41,820 bases of DNA from NCBI GenBank assembly GCA_034530875.2, contig JAVRCJ020000053.1:1-41820 (forward strand), written 5' to 3'. Made by a program: the position numbers and the translations under genes. How positions within the stretch are numbered: the stretch's first letter is position 1; every line of letters starts with the position of its first letter. The notes under the pieces are model-generated. The model searched no databases and was not told where the DNA came from. It saw only the letters and a program-made list of their open reading frames with translations. Positions 8,925 through 18,400 of the stretch are shown here, in pieces. This DNA is from Nostoc sp. DedSLP01. GTDB lineage: Bacteria; Cyanobacteriota; Cyanobacteriia; Cyanobacteriales; Nostocaceae.

Positions 8925-9096
8925 GCAAAAAGATCGCACTGTCACAGCTGTTAATATCGATGCTTTGGCCGATTTGGTGATGGAGAAATACCAACGGCAG
9001 CAGTTGATAAAAGCGGGAACTGAGATTATGAAGCTGGGCTATGCAACCGAAACCGAGTTCCCTGTCATCCTTCTAAGCTATCAATTAATAGCCTAA
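8914..9096 (+). CDS. Small hypothetical protein (plasmid-type), overlapping the upstream ORF
   Basis: 60-aa ORF with a TTG start overlapping the 3' end of 8619-8924. Confidence 0.45.
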   Translation: MRHKQKDRTVTAVNIDALADLVMEKYQRQQLIKAGTEIMKLGYATETEFPVILLSYQLIA

Positions 9097-9782
9097 AATT
9101 TGTTGTGTTCTGTGTGGATAATTTTGGATATCATCAAAAACCATAACTTATTCGGAAAAATTGTAGACACTCAACTTAACGTTTTACCATTTTTCTTTTT
9201 CTAAGTTAATATTTCGGGCAAGTCTATTTTATATCCTCAAAATAAATCACACCCCTAATACGCCTTTCAATTTGGAAAGGGGCATGAAAAAAATGATACT
9301 CTGCAATGTAGATTGGCAAAAAGTCAGTAATTTTGACTGCCCTGCCAAATATTTGTTAACAAGTTTTGTGGATGACAGTTTCCGTAACAGTCTCAGTAGC
9401 TAGCACACTCTTTTAAAGCTTTTTTATGATTTTTATTAAGCTAATAAAAATCATATTACATAGAAAATATTTATTTAATTAAAGTCTCAAAACATTAATT
9501 TTGTTGATTTTTTAAGCTTTATATGCCAGATATATTTATTGATTTAGTATAAATTAAATCTCCATATATATTGTTGGGGAACTTGACTTTTAAGTTTTGG
9601 TAAAAAAATCGTAAAATCACTTCAAATTACTATTTCAGGATAATTACGCTTATTTTTTTTAAGAGATATAGTCAAGATATATGGATAGAAGAACAAGTAA
9701 ATGCATGTATTTACTTAAGTTTAATCGTGAGATTTTCAAGACTATTGTCGAACCAACTAACATAAATGCCCAGGGTAAACTT

Positions 9783-12700
9783 ATGGCAGATAACAATCTC
9801 TCAATCTTCAACTCAATATTACCAACTACAGCAACAGAAATCATCACTGATTACGACACATCAACAACTACAGCATCTCTTTTACCCAGTTACATAAATG
9901 TCACCATCACTAATGGCGGACAACTGAATGGAGTCTATGACGCTTGGTGTGTTAATAGTACCGTTGCAATTAGTAGAGGTACTTATAATCAAGCTAGTGT
10001 ATATTCCACCTACGGCGACATACCCGCTGGTATCCTTTATGCAGGTTCACAGACAACCAATTCGCCTGCGGCACAATACCTGAATCAACTTAAGCAAATC
10101 AACTGGTTGATAAATAACGTTACAGAAGCAAGTAACCTAGTCAACGGCAAATATCGGTACAATAATGTTGACTACACTTGGGGTGATGTACAGCTAGCTA
10201 TCTGGAAACTGCTAGGAGAAACACCTGTATTAAATAACGTAGACTACGACTCATTGGAAGTTTATAGTCAGCAGAAAGCAGATACGTTAGTGAGTTTTGC
10301 TGTAACCAATGGCACTAACTTTGTACCAGTGGCAGGGCAAGATTTTGGAGTAATTGTTAAAAGTGCTAACCTGCAACCGATTTTGATGGAAGTCAAGACA
10401 GCAGGTATTGGAGATTTTGTTTGGCATGACTTAAATGCCAATGGGGTTCAAGAGGCTAATGAAGAAGGAATAGATGGTGTAACAGTTACGTTACTTGATG
10501 GCAAGGGTAATGTTCTTGGCACCACTCTTACTGGAGACAACCCCTACACAACACAAATTGAGAAGGGCTGGTATCAGTTTGGACCGCTACTGCCCAGTAC
10601 CTATCAGGTGAAATTTAGCTTACCAACAGGCTTTAATACAGTCAGTCCTTACCTGCAAGGCAACACATCTCTAGATTCCAATGCTGACTTCCGCAATAAT
10701 TTGACCTCCGCACCTATTACCTTAATTGGTGGAGAGGTTAACAGAACTATTGATGCAGGGTTCTACAAAACAGCATCTTTAGGAGACTTCGTATTCAATG
10801 ATGCCAACAACAACGGCATTCAAGATGTAACAGAAGCAGGGGTAGCAGGGGTAAAAGTAGAATTAATCAACCCAGCCAATGGTAGTGTCATCGTGACAAC
10901 TACTACAGATGCAAATGGTGGTTACAGCTTTAGCGGCTTAACCCCTGGAAATTATCAAGTTAAATTTACATCGCCAACAGGTTACAGCTTCAGCACAGCA
11001 AATGTAGGAGATGACAGCAAAGATAGCGATGCCGACACTACAACAGGTTTAACCCAAAAAGTCACCCTCACATCAGGCGAATTTAACGGTACATTAGATG
11101 CTGGGTTAGTACAACTAGCGAGCTTAGGTAACTTTGTCTTTGAAGACAAAAACGCCAACGGTATTCAAGATGCAGGTGAGATAGGTATAGGCAATGCCAC
11201 AGTTAACCTGTTGGATACAGCAGGTAATGTGATTACCACCACCACCACAGACGGTAATGGACTCTACTCCTTCAGCAACTTACAACCAGGAGATTACAAA
11301 GTTCAATTTGTACAACCCAATGGCTTTAATGGTGTTAGTCCCGTCAATATCGGCAGTAATGATGCGATTGACAGTAATGGACTGATTACCGATGTAATTA
11401 ACCTTTCTCCAGGGGAGAATGATACAACAATCGATTCAGGGTTCTACAAAACAGCATCCTTGGGAGACTTTGTATTCAATGATGCCAACAACAACGGCAT
11501 TCAAGATGCAGGAGAAGCAGGGGTAGCAGGAGTAACAGTACAATTAATCAACCCCGTTGACGGTAGTGTTATCAGTACAACCACCACAAATGCAAATGGT
11601 GGTTATAGCTTTAGCGGCTTAACCCCCGGAGATTATCAAGTCAAATTTACATCTCCAACAGGTTACAGCTTCAGCACAGCAAATGTAGGAGACGACATCA
11701 AAGATAGCGATGCCGACTGCACAACTGGCTTAACTCAAAAAGTCACCCTCACATCAGGAGAATTTAACGGCACATTAGATGCTGGGTTAGTACAACTAGC
11801 TAGCTTAGGAGATAAAGTTTGGTTAGACAAAAACGCCAACGGCATCCAAGATGCAGGTGAAACGGGAGTAAGTGGTGTAACTGTTACCTTAACTAGTGGC
11901 GGTTCAGATGGCATCATCAACGGCATTGGCGATACCACCATCACCACAATTACCAATGCTAATGGCAACTACAACTTCGCTGGACTAACACCAGGTCAAC
12001 AATATCAAGTCGGGTTCTCTAATTTGCCTGCTGGATATCAATTTACTCAAGCTAACATAGGTGCTAATGATGCTGTAGATTCCGATGCTAATGCCAGTAC
12101 TGGCAAAACTCAGATTGTTACCCTGGCTTCTGGGGAAAACAACCTGACTTTAGATGCAGGAATTTATCAAAATGCCGGCGACCTGTCAATTACCAAAACC
12201 GATGGTTTGACAACTGTTATCCCCGGACAACAAATTACCTACACCATCGTAGCTAAAAATAATGGTCTGATTACTGTTACCAATGCCTTGGTGAGTGATA
12301 TCATACCCAGCAATTTGACCAATATTGCTTGGACTAGCTTAGCCACTGATGGTGCAACGGACAATCAAACTAGTGGAACAGGCAACATCAACGATTACGT
12401 CACCTTAGCAGCCGGTAGCAGTATCACCTATACGGTGAATGCAACTGTAGCCGCTAACCCGCTTTCTTCCTATACCATTCCCACTACCATTAGCTTGACA
12501 AGTAGCGGTTCGAGCGATGGTAGTAAGGGCAACATTCGCACCTTCTCTGCTAATGGTGTTTCCGTCAACGCCAGTGCTTTCAGTAGTACCAGCACGGGAA
12601 TCTGGAATACCGCTGCTCTGGGTATCTATGGCAGTTGGGGTTTAGGTGTAATTGATGGCACTGAAGATGGTAATAATGGAAGCCATCGCGTCGATAATTC

Positions 12701-15176
12701 CGGTCTTAATAACTACGTTTTGCTAGAATTCTCTGAGTCGGTGGTTATTAACAAAGCTGCATTAGCTTACGTTGATGGTGGGGACAGTGATATCTCTATC
12801 TGGGTTGGTAACTTCAACAATCCTTACAGCAATCACCTTACCTTAAATAGTTCGGTTCTCAATAGCTTCGGCTTTACCGAATTCAACAACGGTGGTAGCA
12901 CCGATCGCACGGCAGATATCAATGCGAATAACATTGTAGGTAACGCTGTGGTAATTGCCGCTAAAATCGGCGACACCGACGATAGCTTTAAGCTCAAATC
13001 TCTTGATATCCTCAAAGCAACGACTCAAATCAGTGGCTCTCTTACTAATACTGCTACAATTACAGGCCCCACTGGGTTCACTGATACCAACACCAGCAAC
13101 AACAGCGCCACCGACACAGACACGATTATTGCTGCTTCTACTGTTAAAATAGGCGATCGCGTTTGGTACGATGTCGATGGAGATGGCGTTCAAGAAGCAG
13201 GTGAAGCAGGAGTTTCTGGTGTAGCTGTTAAGCTGTTTAACCAAGCAGGTACTCAAATTGGGACAACGACCACCGATACCAATGGTCTTTACCAATTCAA
13301 CGTCAACGCCAACAGCAGCTACAGCGTTCAATTCGTTCAACCCACTGGGTTCGATGGATTTACCACCGCCAATATGGGAAGCGATGCGGTTGATAGTGAT
13401 GTTGTTAATGCCAACGGCACAACGGCTCAATTCTCTGTCGGTACAACTGATAACCTGACAATTGATGCAGGACTTATTAAAAACATCGGCGACCTGTCAA
13501 TTACCAAAACCGATGGTTTGACAACTGTTACCCCTGGACAGAAGATTACCTACACCATTGTCGCTAAAAATAATGGTCTGATGACTGCTACCAATGCCTT
13601 GGTGAGCGATATTATGCCAACGAATCTCACCGATGTGACTTGGACTAGTGTCGCTACCGGAGGAGCTAAAGACAATCAAATCAGTGGAACAGGCAACATC
13701 AACGATTACGTAACCTTGACAGCAGGTAGTAGTATCACTTATACCGTAAACGGTACGGTAGCTAGTAACCCCGTCTCTGGTTCTACAGGTAGTCTCATCA
13801 CATTTGACCTCGCTACCAATCCTAGTAGTGCGCTGGATGGAACGGATGGAAATACTCGGACGTTTACAAAGGATGGTATTACTGTTACAGCCCGCGCCTT
13901 TAGCCGCGTTGATGGGACAAATGGAGCTTGGAGTAATGCTTATCTGGGTAGCTATTCTGGCGGTGGTTTAGGTGTTACCGATAGCAGTGAAGGAAATGGA
14001 AGTGGAACTCATCGCGTTGATAACGTTGGAGGGCGAGATAACTACGTCCTATTCCAATTCTCCGAATCTGTTATTTTAGACCGCGCCTATCTGCAATACG
14101 TCATCAATGACAGTGATATCTCAGTATGGATTGGTAACTTTAACAACAACAATACCATCACGACTTTAAACGACTCAATTCTTAACGGCTTTGGGTTCAA
14201 CGAAGTTAACGAAACCAATCTCACAAGCGATCGCTGGGCAGATGTGAATGCAGGTAAATATGCGGGTAACACCATCATCATCGCCGCTTCTGCGGTAGAC
14301 GCAACTCCCGAAGATGAGTTCAAGATCCGCTATCTGGATATTCTTAAACCTACTCCCGCTTCTTTAGTCAACACTGCTACAATTACAGGCCCAACTGGTT
14401 TCACTGACACCAACACCAGCAACAACAGTGCCACCGATACTGACACTATTCTCTCTGCTTCCACCCCATCAGCCCCTGGTGTACGTACTCCCGGCTTCTG
14501 GCAGAACACAACCTGGCAAACCTTCTGGGACGGTATTCAAGGCAACGAACCATCACAAAAAACAGAGTTCAACTTCGCAGACGGCGATCTTCTGTTCGCA
14601 CCTTACACTAATTCTGCACAACCTGGAAAAGTTCTCGATCCAGTAACCGGACAATATGAAATTGGTCTACTAGTCGGCGATTACAACCGCAATGGTAAAA
14701 CTGATGCAGGTGAAGATACTCTCTTCTATTCTCGTAAACAGGCACTCCAGATTGTTGATGCCGCCCAACACCCGAACGGAGATAAGCGTTACGATCTTGG
14801 TCGCTCTTTAGTTGCTGGTTGGTTGAATTACCTCGCTGGCAACCCCATTGACACCGCCAATACAACTGATAAAGATGCTCGATACTACATTAACGAAGGC
14901 ATCAATTGGTTGCAAGCCATAACTCCAGACGAAAATGGCGATAAGAAGGGCGATGGCGCATTGAACAGTATGACTGGTAGCAGTGTTAATAGCCCTCTTG
15001 CTGATACTTACTGGAATCAAGGCATTTCGAGTGCTTCCAGCTTGCCAAATCCCTACAGTTCCAACACCAATGTTCTTTATGGATTAGAGGCTGGTAGTGT
15101 AATTAATTCCAATCTAGATAAGTACAACAACGGTTTGGGTCTTGCAGATCGTGTTTACTACGGAGGAAACGCATAA
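9783..15176 (+). CDS. Large surface adhesin: N-terminal thioester-like domain, 6 SdrD B-like repeats, 2 DUF11 domains with inserted domains, unknown C-terminal domain
   Basis: Repeats ASLGDFV.xDxNxNG.QD.GE...YxFxxLxPGxYxVxF...DSDAD...DAG; DUF11 motifs DLSITKTD...ITYTI...N.G and LTNTATI...NNSATDT; N-terminal AWCV / VQLAIW / LQPIL. ATG 9783 is preferred over 9681, but the start is uncertain. Confidence 0.9.
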   Translation: MADNNLSIFNSILPTTATEIITDYDTSTTTASLLPSYINVTITNGGQLNGVYDAWCVNSTVAISRGTYNQASVYSTYGDIPAGILYAGSQTTNSPAAQYLNQLKQINWLINNVTEASNLVNGKYRYNNVDYTWGDVQLAIWKLLGETPVLNNVDYDSLEVYSQQKADTLVSFAVTNGTNFVPVAGQDFGVIVKSANLQPILMEVKTAGIGDFVWHDLNANGVQEANEEGIDGVTVTLLDGKGNVLGTTLTGDNPYTTQIEKGWYQFGPLLPSTYQVKFSLPTGFNTVSPYLQGNTSLDSNADFRNNLTSAPITLIGGEVNRTIDAGFYKTASLGDFVFNDANNNGIQDVTEAGVAGVKVELINPANGSVIVTTTTDANGGYSFSGLTPGNYQVKFTSPTGYSFSTANVGDDSKDSDADTTTGLTQKVTLTSGEFNGTLDAGLVQLASLGNFVFEDKNANGIQDAGEIGIGNATVNLLDTAGNVITTTTTDGNGLYSFSNLQPGDYKVQFVQPNGFNGVSPVNIGSNDAIDSNGLITDVINLSPGENDTTIDSGFYKTASLGDFVFNDANNNGIQDAGEAGVAGVTVQLINPVDGSVISTTTTNANGGYSFSGLTPGDYQVKFTSPTGYSFSTANVGDDIKDSDADCTTGLTQKVTLTSGEFNGTLDAGLVQLASLGDKVWLDKNANGIQDAGETGVSGVTVTLTSGGSDGIINGIGDTTITTITNANGNYNFAGLTPGQQYQVGFSNLPAGYQFTQANIGANDAVDSDANASTGKTQIVTLASGENNLTLDAGIYQNAGDLSITKTDGLTTVIPGQQITYTIVAKNNGLITVTNALVSDIIPSNLTNIAWTSLATDGATDNQTSGTGNINDYVTLAAGSSITYTVNATVAANPLSSYTIPTTISLTSSGSSDGSKGNIRTFSANGVSVNASAFSSTSTGIWNTAALGIYGSWGLGVIDGTEDGNNGSHRVDNSGLNNYVLLEFSESVVINKAALAYVDGGDSDISIWVGNFNNPYSNHLTLNSSVLNSFGFTEFNNGGSTDRTADINANNIVGNAVVIAAKIGDTDDSFKLKSLDILKATTQISGSLTNTATITGPTGFTDTNTSNNSATDTDTIIAASTVKIGDRVWYDVDGDGVQEAGEAGVSGVAVKLFNQAGTQIGTTTTDTNGLYQFNVNANSSYSVQFVQPTGFDGFTTANMGSDAVDSDVVNANGTTAQFSVGTTDNLTIDAGLIKNIGDLSITKTDGLTTVTPGQKITYTIVAKNNGLMTATNALVSDIMPTNLTDVTWTSVATGGAKDNQISGTGNINDYVTLTAGSSITYTVNGTVASNPVSGSTGSLITFDLATNPSSALDGTDGNTRTFTKDGITVTARAFSRVDGTNGAWSNAYLGSYSGGGLGVTDSSEGNGSGTHRVDNVGGRDNYVLFQFSESVILDRAYLQYVINDSDISVWIGNFNNNNTITTLNDSILNGFGFNEVNETNLTSDRWADVNAGKYAGNTIIIAASAVDATPEDEFKIRYLDILKPTPASLVNTATITGPTGFTDTNTSNNSATDTDTILSASTPSAPGVRTPGFWQNTTWQTFWDGIQGNEPSQKTEFNFADGDLLFAPYTNSAQPGKVLDPVTGQYEIGLLVGDYNRNGKTDAGEDTLFYSRKQALQIVDAAQHPNGDKRYDLGRSLVAGWLNYLAGNPIDTANTTDKDARYYINEGINWLQAITPDENGDKKGDGALNSMTGSSVNSPLADTYWNQGISSASSLPNPYSSNTNVLYGLEAGSVINSNLDKYNNGLGLADRVYYGGNA
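10756..11860 (+). repeat. Recent internal duplication in the adhesin (10756-11179 vs 11437-11860, offset 681 bp)
   Basis: Near-identical nucleotide blocks, both starting cagggttctacaaaacagcatc and ending caagatgcaggtga. Confidence 0.85.
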
Positions 15177-15214
15177 CTCGCAAGAAATAACAATTTTATA
15201 ACGGCCGTTCAGGA

Positions 15215-15274
15215 TGCCCCGGAGTTAATCATTGTAGAAACGTTACATGTAACGTCTCTACAATGACTTGGGGC
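15215..15274. repeat. REP-like GTAG palindrome / long hairpin after the adhesin gene (possible terminator)
   Basis: TCATTGTAGAAACGTTAC-AT-GTAACGTCTCTACAATGA (15229-15266, one mismatch) closed by TGCCCC...GGGGCA. Confidence 0.75.
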
Positions 15275-15424
15275 AGATTAATTTTCTTAACTACAAAATC
15301 CCTCATTACACTTAAATAAAAAGAAAATTTTTATACTTATTTAAAAATTTTGTTATACTCTAATTACAAAAAGATACATATTTTCTATGTATTAACACTT
15401 AATTAAATTTTAAAAAATATACTT

Positions 15425-18400
15425 ATGAAAAATACAGAAGATACTTTTCTAGAGTCTTATGCAAATCCTGAACAATTCTGGTGTGGTTTCTTACATGGTT
15501 TTACAGCCCCTGTTACAGAACAGGAAAGACATCAATTATTAATTGAATGGAATCAAACTCAGACAGATTATCCCCAAGATAAGTGCATTCATGAGTTATT
15601 TGAGGAACAGGTAGAGAAAACACCCGATGCGATCGCGGTGGTATTTGTAGACGCGCAAAGCGCGACTTCTCCTACGCATAGCGTCTCCGACAGGAGAAGA
15701 GTAAATCGACAACTTACTTATCAAGAACTCAATCAACGTGCGAATAAATTAGCTAATTATTTGCAATCATTAGGAGTAGGATCGGAAGTTTTAGTAGGTA
15801 TTTGTGTAGAACGTTCCCTAGAAATGCTTATAGGAATATTAGGGATTCTCAAAGCTGGTGGAGCATACCTACCTTTAGATATTGCCTATCCTCAAGAGCG
15901 TTTAGCTTTCATGCTGTCAGATTCTCAAGTTTCAATATTGTTAACACAACAGCATTTAGTTGAAAAACTTCCCGAACATCAAGCTAGAATAATTTGTTTA
16001 GATACTGATTGGGAAGATATCGTCAAAACACCAAGTCAACCAACAAAGATAGCCGTTAAGCCTAGTAACCTCGCCTATGTTATTTACACTTCTGGCTCAA
16101 CAGGTCAACCTAAAGGCGTTCTTATTTCCCACTGTAACGTCGTTCGTTTATTTGCAGCCACACAGCCTTGGTTTCAATTTAGCCAGAATGATATTTGGAG
16201 TTTGTTCCATTCCTACGCATTTGACTTTTCCGTGTGGGAAATTTGGGGTGCGCTTCTCTATGGTGGTCGTCTTGTTATTGTTCCTTATTATGTGAGTCGT
16301 TCTCCTGAATTATTTTATAATTTATTATTGCAAGAAAAAATTACAGTTCTGAATCAAACACCTTCTGCTTTCCAACAACTGATACAATTTGAAGCATCTT
16401 TAAGTAATAATATTAATTCTACTAGTAATTTGAACTTACGCTTTGTTATTTTTGGTGGAGAAGCACTGAATATTCAAAGCTTAAAACCTTGGTTTGACAG
16501 ACATGGAGACAAGTTTCCTCAATTAGTTAATATGTACGGTATTACGGAAACTACTGTTCATGTTACCTATCGCCCCATCAATATAGCTGATTTAAATTCT
16601 TCATCAAAAGTAATTGGTTGTACGATTCCGGACTTACAATTTTACATATTAGATTCTCATCTGCAACCTGTACCTGTTGGTGTAGCTGGTGAAATTTATG
16701 TCGGAGGTGCAGGTTTAGCGCGTGGTTATTTAAATCGACCAGAATTAACTGCCCAAAGGTTTATTTCCCATCCTTTTAATAATCAACCAGAAGCGCGTCT
16801 TTATAAAACAGGTGATTTAGCTCGTTATTTACCTAATGGCGATCTTGAGTATCTAGGAAGAATTGATAATCAAGTAAAAATTCGCGGTTTCAGAATCGAG
16901 TTAGGAGAAATAGAAACATTATTAAATCAACATCCAAATTTGAGAGAAGCTAAAGTTATCGCTAGGGAAGATCTTCCTGGAGATAAGAGATTAGTCGCCT
17001 ATATTATACCCAACTTTATAAAAGCTGAATTTAACTCATTACAATCAGAAATCTCATATCAAATACGCGATTACCTCAAACAGCAGTTACCTGATTATAT
17101 GATTCCTGCTGCTTTTGTAGTGTTAGAGTGTTTCCCTTTAACTAATAATGGTAAAGTTGACTATCGCGCTCTTCCTGCTCCCAATTACACATCTGTTCGA
17201 AGTAATTATGTTGCTCCTCAGAATCCTACGGAAAAAGTTATTGCTGATATTTGGAGTCAGGTGCTGAAGGTAGATAATATTGGAATTGATGACAACTTTT
17301 TTGAATTAGGTGGACATTCATTACTAGCGACACAAGTTCTATCTAGGATTAGACAGGCATTTAACCAAGAAATCCCAATCCATTTATTATTTGAATTTCC
17401 TACTATTGTTGAATTTTCCAAGCATATTGGCATTACAAAAACAAATAATAATAATAATTTATTAATACCACTAATAGAGCCAAGACAACAGCTAGAAATA
17501 CCCCTATCTTTTGCTCAACAACGTCTCTGGTTTTTAGACCAGTTACAACCTAATAACACTGCTTATAATCTCGTTTACAGTTTGAAAATTCAGGGTTTAC
17601 TTAACATCCCTATTTTGGAAAAAAGTATCGCTGACATCATAGAGCGTCACGAATTATTACGCACAAATTTTATTGTTATCGACGGACAAGCGATACAGAC
17701 TATTAATAATAATTGGAAAAATAGCTTTAGTTTACCCGTCATTAATTTACAATGGCTATCTGACGATCGACTAAAAATAGAAGTTGCAACAATAGCTAAA
17801 CAGGAAGTAGAAACATCTTTTAATCTTGCGAAAGATACTTTATTTCGCGTTCGTCTGTTGCAATTGAGCGCAGAAAAATTTATATTGATATTTAATATTC
17901 ATCACATCATTTTTGATGGCTGGTCTTTTGGGATACTATTTGCGGAATTGAACGCAATTTATACAGCTTATTGTGAAGGTTTGACTTCTCCATTAACGAA
18001 ACTTTCTATTCAGTATGCAGACTTTAGTTTATGGCAAAGAAAGTGGCTTACTGATAGGAGTTTAGAATCACAATTTAATTACTGGAAACAGCAATTAAGT
18101 GGAATTTTACCTATATTAGAATTACCGATAGACCGTCCTCGTCCCAGAGTCCAAACTTACACAGGAACAACAAAAACCTTCGTTTTATCACCAGAGTTAA
18201 CTGCAAGTATCACATCTTTTTCTCAAAAAGAGGGTGTGACTTTGTTCATGACTTTACTAACAGCATTTAAAGTCTTACTTTGTCGTTATAGTGGACAAGA
18301 AGATGTGATTGTAGGAACTCCCATTGCGGGACGTAACCGCAGAGAAATTGAGGGATTAATAGGATTTTTTGTTAATACTTTAGCATTACGGATTAATTTA

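Noticed and set aside
9313..9348. Hairpin TTGGCA-AAAAGTCA-gtaattt-TGACT-GCCC-TGCCAA upstream of the adhesin as a c-di-GMP-I riboswitch
   Set aside because: It has GGCAAA and GTAA, but lacks the GACGCAAA junction and second stem; support is too weak
10756..14450. Near-identical repeat pairs as DGR template/variable repeats
   Set aside because: Differences are not adenine-specific, both copies are coding, and no reverse transcriptase is present
11735..15020. Short alternative-frame and antisense ORFs inside the adhesin
   Set aside because: Codon-bias shadows of a repetitive gene
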